Part shown: piece by piece, positions 60,125 to 64,000 of the stretch
How the letters are laid out: the number at the start of each line of letters is the position of its first letter
Numbering within the stretch: the first letter of the stretch is position 1
Origin: Marsupella aquatica
Taxonomy: Eukaryota; Plantae; Marchantiophyta
DNA: 64,000 nucleotides
Assembly: GCA_973895155.1 (NCBI GenBank)
Contig: OZ316899.1
Location: 12,899,934-12,963,933, forward strand
Direction of reading: 5' to 3'
Translations under genes and position numbers: made by a program
Notes under the pieces: generated by a model
Databases searched by the model: none
The model's input: only the letters and a program-made list of their open reading frames with translations
Told to the model about the DNA's origin: nothing

Positions 60125-62080
60125 CACTAGAAGAAAACAGGGCCCTTTATGACTAATCACCCAATGACGAAAATGAATAAATGACCAAAATTCCCAATGA
60201 CACAAAAAGAATGATGGGAGAATGACTATCCAAAATGACCAATAGACTGAAATGACAAAATGATAACTTTTGAGTCATTTGGTATAATGTCTGTAATGAC
60301 TGATGCGACCAAAATGACACAATTTCCTAAAATGTCAATTTAGACACATGTCCCACATGACACAATAAATAACAACAATGATAAATCAGTGTTTAGCACC
60401 ATTATAGTCACTTTGGACAATGATTGAAATGACCAAAAATCTATTTGGGTCGTTTTGGATAACGGTGATAAATGACAAAAAATGTATTGCCGTCATTTTA
60501 ACCAACGGTGTTAAATGACAAAATCTAGGGTCAATCTCAAAATAAGAATATATCAGTGTTTACAACAACATACCGTCATTATGTAGTTCTCTCATAAATG
60601 ACTAACTCTAGGGTCAATCTTGAAATTAGGATATATCAATGTTTACAACAACATACTGTCATTATGGACTTGTCACATAAATGACTAAATATAGGGTCAA
60701 TCTAAAAATCACGATATATCAATGGTGACAATAACATACAGTCATTATGGACTTATTGCATATATAACTACTTATAGAGTCATTAAAGAACCCAAGAGAT
60801 ATCAAGATTAAAATACTCAATAGTCATTCTAGACACCCGTCATAATTGTAGAGTCATTGAAGAATGCCAATGACTACAATAAGGGTAATGTCAGTGGTCA
60901 TCTTAGAGGTCATTTTGACCAAATGACTATATAAGTCGTCATTCAAAACATCCCTCATGGTGTCATTATGGACTAGCATAATGAATATTTTTGGTCTACG
61001 AGCTTAAGGTGGGCCCCAGTATGTCATGGGCCCTACATAGAGGTGAGAACCCCTCCACTTGGTGCGGGACACTATACTCATCATTGTCCAACCACTAGTT
61101 GCGGCATTAGCAATTTGAACACATGTCTTTGCATTTACTTAAGGCATGATGCACCTTTGGGGAAATCACTCCCAAGTCGTACGACTTTGGAGTGATTTTC
61201 CAAAAGTGTCACCATGGATGCATACCATCACATCCAAAGGCAAATAAAAGTTGTTTTTGGGTTCTCCAAGAGGTAGTGCTACACCAATGGAATGGGCAGG
61301 GGAGTCGTGCTTCTCTGTATGGTGTGGGTGCGGGTTAGGGAAGAGGAATATTCCAACCTTGCAAGGAATCTAAAGCGGGCTCTCTTTGGAGGTACTAGGG
61401 CCTTTATTGGGTCATATGTGAGCAATGGACCGTCATAAATGCCAATGACTACAAGTAGGGTCATTAAAACTGTCATATGGGAAGTCATATAAGTCTAATG
61501 ACTGCAGTTGTGGTCATTTGAGGGGTCCCTTGTGTAGTCATTAAGCAAAAGCACAAATGACCAGTTTGGGGCTAGAGGCTGGAGGTGGGCCCTAGAGTGC
61601 CCTGTGGCCCCACATAGAGCTCGCAACCCCTCCACTAGGTGTCAAATACTATATTTACTATTCTCCAACCACTAGTTGCACCATTAGCAGTTTGGAGCCA
61701 TGTTTTTGTGTTTACTTAAGGGATGATATAATCTTGGGGAAATCACTCCCAAGTCATACAACTTTGGAGTGAGTTGCCAAAAGTGTCACCATTGATGCAT
61801 ACCATCCTATCTAAAAGGAAATGAAGCCATTTTTTTGTCTCTGCAAGAAGTAGTGCAAGGTTGTCGTCCTTCCAATCATGTAATTGTGTCATGTTTGTGC
61901 CGGTGTTTGGATGGGGAATATTCTATTTGCAAATGAATAGTGACGGGGCACTCAAGGAGGTAGTGTAATCTTCATTGAGTCATTTCTGAAAAAATTGGTG
62001 TCATAAATACCAATGACTACAAGTAGGGTCATTAAATCTGTCATATGGGCTGTCACATGAGTCTCGGTATTTGTAGCTTG
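60125..62080 (+). mobile_element. CACTA (EnSpm) element left end with subterminal AATGAC/GTCATT repeats
   Basis: CACTAGAAGAAAACAGGGCCCTTTATGAC begins exactly where Copia pol stops; dense ATGAC/GTCAT motifs; matching right TIR not seen in the window. Confidence 0.75.
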
Positions 62081-62435
62081 CAATGGAGTGCATTGAATTG
62101 GCCTCTTGTTTCATTCTGAGTTGTTATCGATTAGATTCAATTTGCTCTTGCTCTGTCCCACTTTCTCATGAGGTATGGCCAATTTTGTAGTGGAGACCTT
62201 GGACAACAAGGTGATCCTCATGGATTCGTGAATCACAACTTTATTTGCTTGGATACCACAGTCCAGCCATCCATAGTTGATGCCAAGGTAGAAAATCTAG
62301 TATCTGGGCATAAGGTTTTGAAAGCCCCCAATAAGTCACCTTGTCGGATAGTAGCAGCAGCAATAAGGAAGAGGAAATGGGTGCTACCTTGGAGAGTGAC
62401 AATTCTGGAAGCAAGTCCTCTGGACAGATTCTAGA

Positions 62436-62795
62436 GATGTGGCCCAAGAAAAAACAGAAGAATCATGAGAAGAGTGATGGAGAAGTTCATCTACAGAAAC
62501 AAAACAAACAAAGAAGGTGAGGAAGGTGGTGGACAATGATCACATTGGCCCTCTGGTGAGAGCTTATTGGAAACATTTTACTGAATTCAGCAAAGGGCAA
62601 AAGCAAAAAGTGAAGCAACTAGTCCCAGCTAAGGTGTGGGAGAAGATCTATGTTGACTACAATGCAACATTTCCAAGATCACCATTTGAGGAGGAGACTC
62701 TTAAAGACTATCTAAGGGACAGTCTCAAAGATATGCAATCAGGAGTGAATAACCCTGAGAATGGGGATGGAGCAACTCTGCAAGATGCAAATCTG
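62436..62795 (+). pseudogene. Truncated Harbinger accessory (Myb/SANT-like) ORF
   Basis: LVRAYWKHF...KVWEKIYVDY...LKDYLR; convergent with the Harbinger transposase, as is usual for PIF/Harbinger. Confidence 0.45.
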
Positions 62796-62799
62796 ATGT

Positions 62800-63740
62800 T
62801 TAAGCTAAATCTCAACTGTGCATACGGTAGTGCAGACTGTATATTAAATGTTGAGCCCAAGAGCACTCTCATGAGATTCCATGGTTTCAAAGTTGTAGCC
62901 CATCCCCTATTCTCTTCTCCTCTGACCATAGGACCAATTATTTCTACTTGCATATCCCTCCTTTGCCTTTGCAGGAAATTGGTGAGCAATGCAATTGCCC
63001 TAGATGTGATGGCAAACTTAGGTCTCACAAGATCAAATCTTTTCTGCAATTGCATCCATTTTTGTTTCATACCACCAATTCCCCACTCCACCTTGACTCT
63101 GTATCCGAGTGCATCTTGTTGAATATCTTCACCAGGCTTTCATCCAATTCCATAGCCCGGATTTCCACCTCACTGAAACCTCTCATCACATAATTCTCCA
63201 TGCTTGTGTATCCCTGATCACCAAGCAAATACTCATAGTAGTCATCCTGATTTGCAAACAGGGTTCTCCAATTTGTGCCCACCCAAGAATCCTTCAGAAT
63301 TGTGACATCATGGAAACTACCAAGATAGCCAGGGTCAACATAGATAAAAAAAAATCCATTATGATCTACTAGCACTGTGGAATAAAAGCAATACATCTTT
63401 TTCCGCCCTTGATACCATTTACTGTGATAGGGATCGTGAAAGGGCCTGTGAATTTTGAATAAGGTGCCATCAACAAATCCTATGCATCCAGGCAAGTTGG
63501 TGATGACATTCCCCAACTCCAATCTCTCATTGACAGTAGGCCATCGGATCTCATTGGCCAAGGCTTCATTTACACAAGAAGCTACAAAAATGGCATCATC
63601 ACATACTGATGATCTTGCCAAATTCCAATGAGCAGCATCAAAATAAATTGTGTTGTCATGCTTCATGTAAAAGATGTAGCTAAGCAATCTCTGTTCTGGA
63701 GTCAATTTGCTAGAGCAACCTAGCTCCTGTCCGGGATGTA
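62800..63740 (-). pseudogene. PIF/Harbinger DDE transposase (DDE_Tnp_4), frameshifted
   Basis: CIGFVDGT, GSFHDVTIL, LLGDQGY, FNKMH...VEWGIGGMKQKW. Confidence 0.88.
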
Positions 63741-64000
63741 CCACGACCCAATGAAGGGGGGAGGGGCGGTACCCCTTTATAACTGGCTCCTGGCTTAGAC
63801 CGGGGGGCTGATGATTTCAGCTTAAGAGATAATCTAGTAGGCCCAACATTCTGTTCTATGGTGGGACAAAACAATTGCACATAGCTCTACAAATTCCTCA
63901 AGAGTGAAATTTGTGAGGTCCTTGAACAATTGTGGAGTTTGAGAGTATTTAGAGAGTAGGTCATCTACTGGTCGTCTTGGGTTCACACTCACCTGATTCT

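Noticed and set aside
61273-61856. TAGTG sites as the right TIR of the CACTA element
   Set aside because: They do not extend into the expected TTTTCTTCTAGTG inverted match, and the Copia sequence does not resume after them.
63738-64000. Possible LTR start interrupting the Harbinger transposase
   Set aside because: TG start and a compositional shift only; no second boundary within the window.

Overview
Eukaryotic, almost entirely transposon-derived DNA, probably heterochromatin of a non-seed land plant (taxon is an inference). No host gene, RNA gene or CRISPR array is supported. The centrepiece is a 25.2-kb Mutator-like element (8361-33511; about 12.5 kb once three nested insertions are removed). 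It has imperfect TIRs and a 9-bp TSD (GAGCACTTG) and splits a chromovirus chromodomain. On the + strand it carries a decayed MULE transposase (GCM/WRKY-like zinc domain, DDE core, SWIM). On the - strand it carries a spliced cargo gene of about 1490 codons reading ParB/Srx-like domain, helical region, acidic linker, degenerate N4/N6 DNA-methyltransferase-like fold and Ulp1 SUMO protease. Both subtermini, the intergenic region and four introns contain a 23-bp palindrome, ATCTCGGAGAG(G/C)CTCTCCGAGAT (roughly 80 copies by eye), which I did not see outside the element. The second notable feature is a set of 3.5-4-kb TG...CA units, each enclosing one PMD-like/coiled-coil ORF. Two have 5-bp TSDs, and in-window homology to a Gypsy 5' LTR end indicates they are giant gene-carrying solo LTRs. 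The rest comprises Gypsy fragments, three Bianca-like Copia elements, a 5'-complete L1 with a 16-bp TSD, a non-autonomous Helitron, a CACTA end and PIF/Harbinger remnants.
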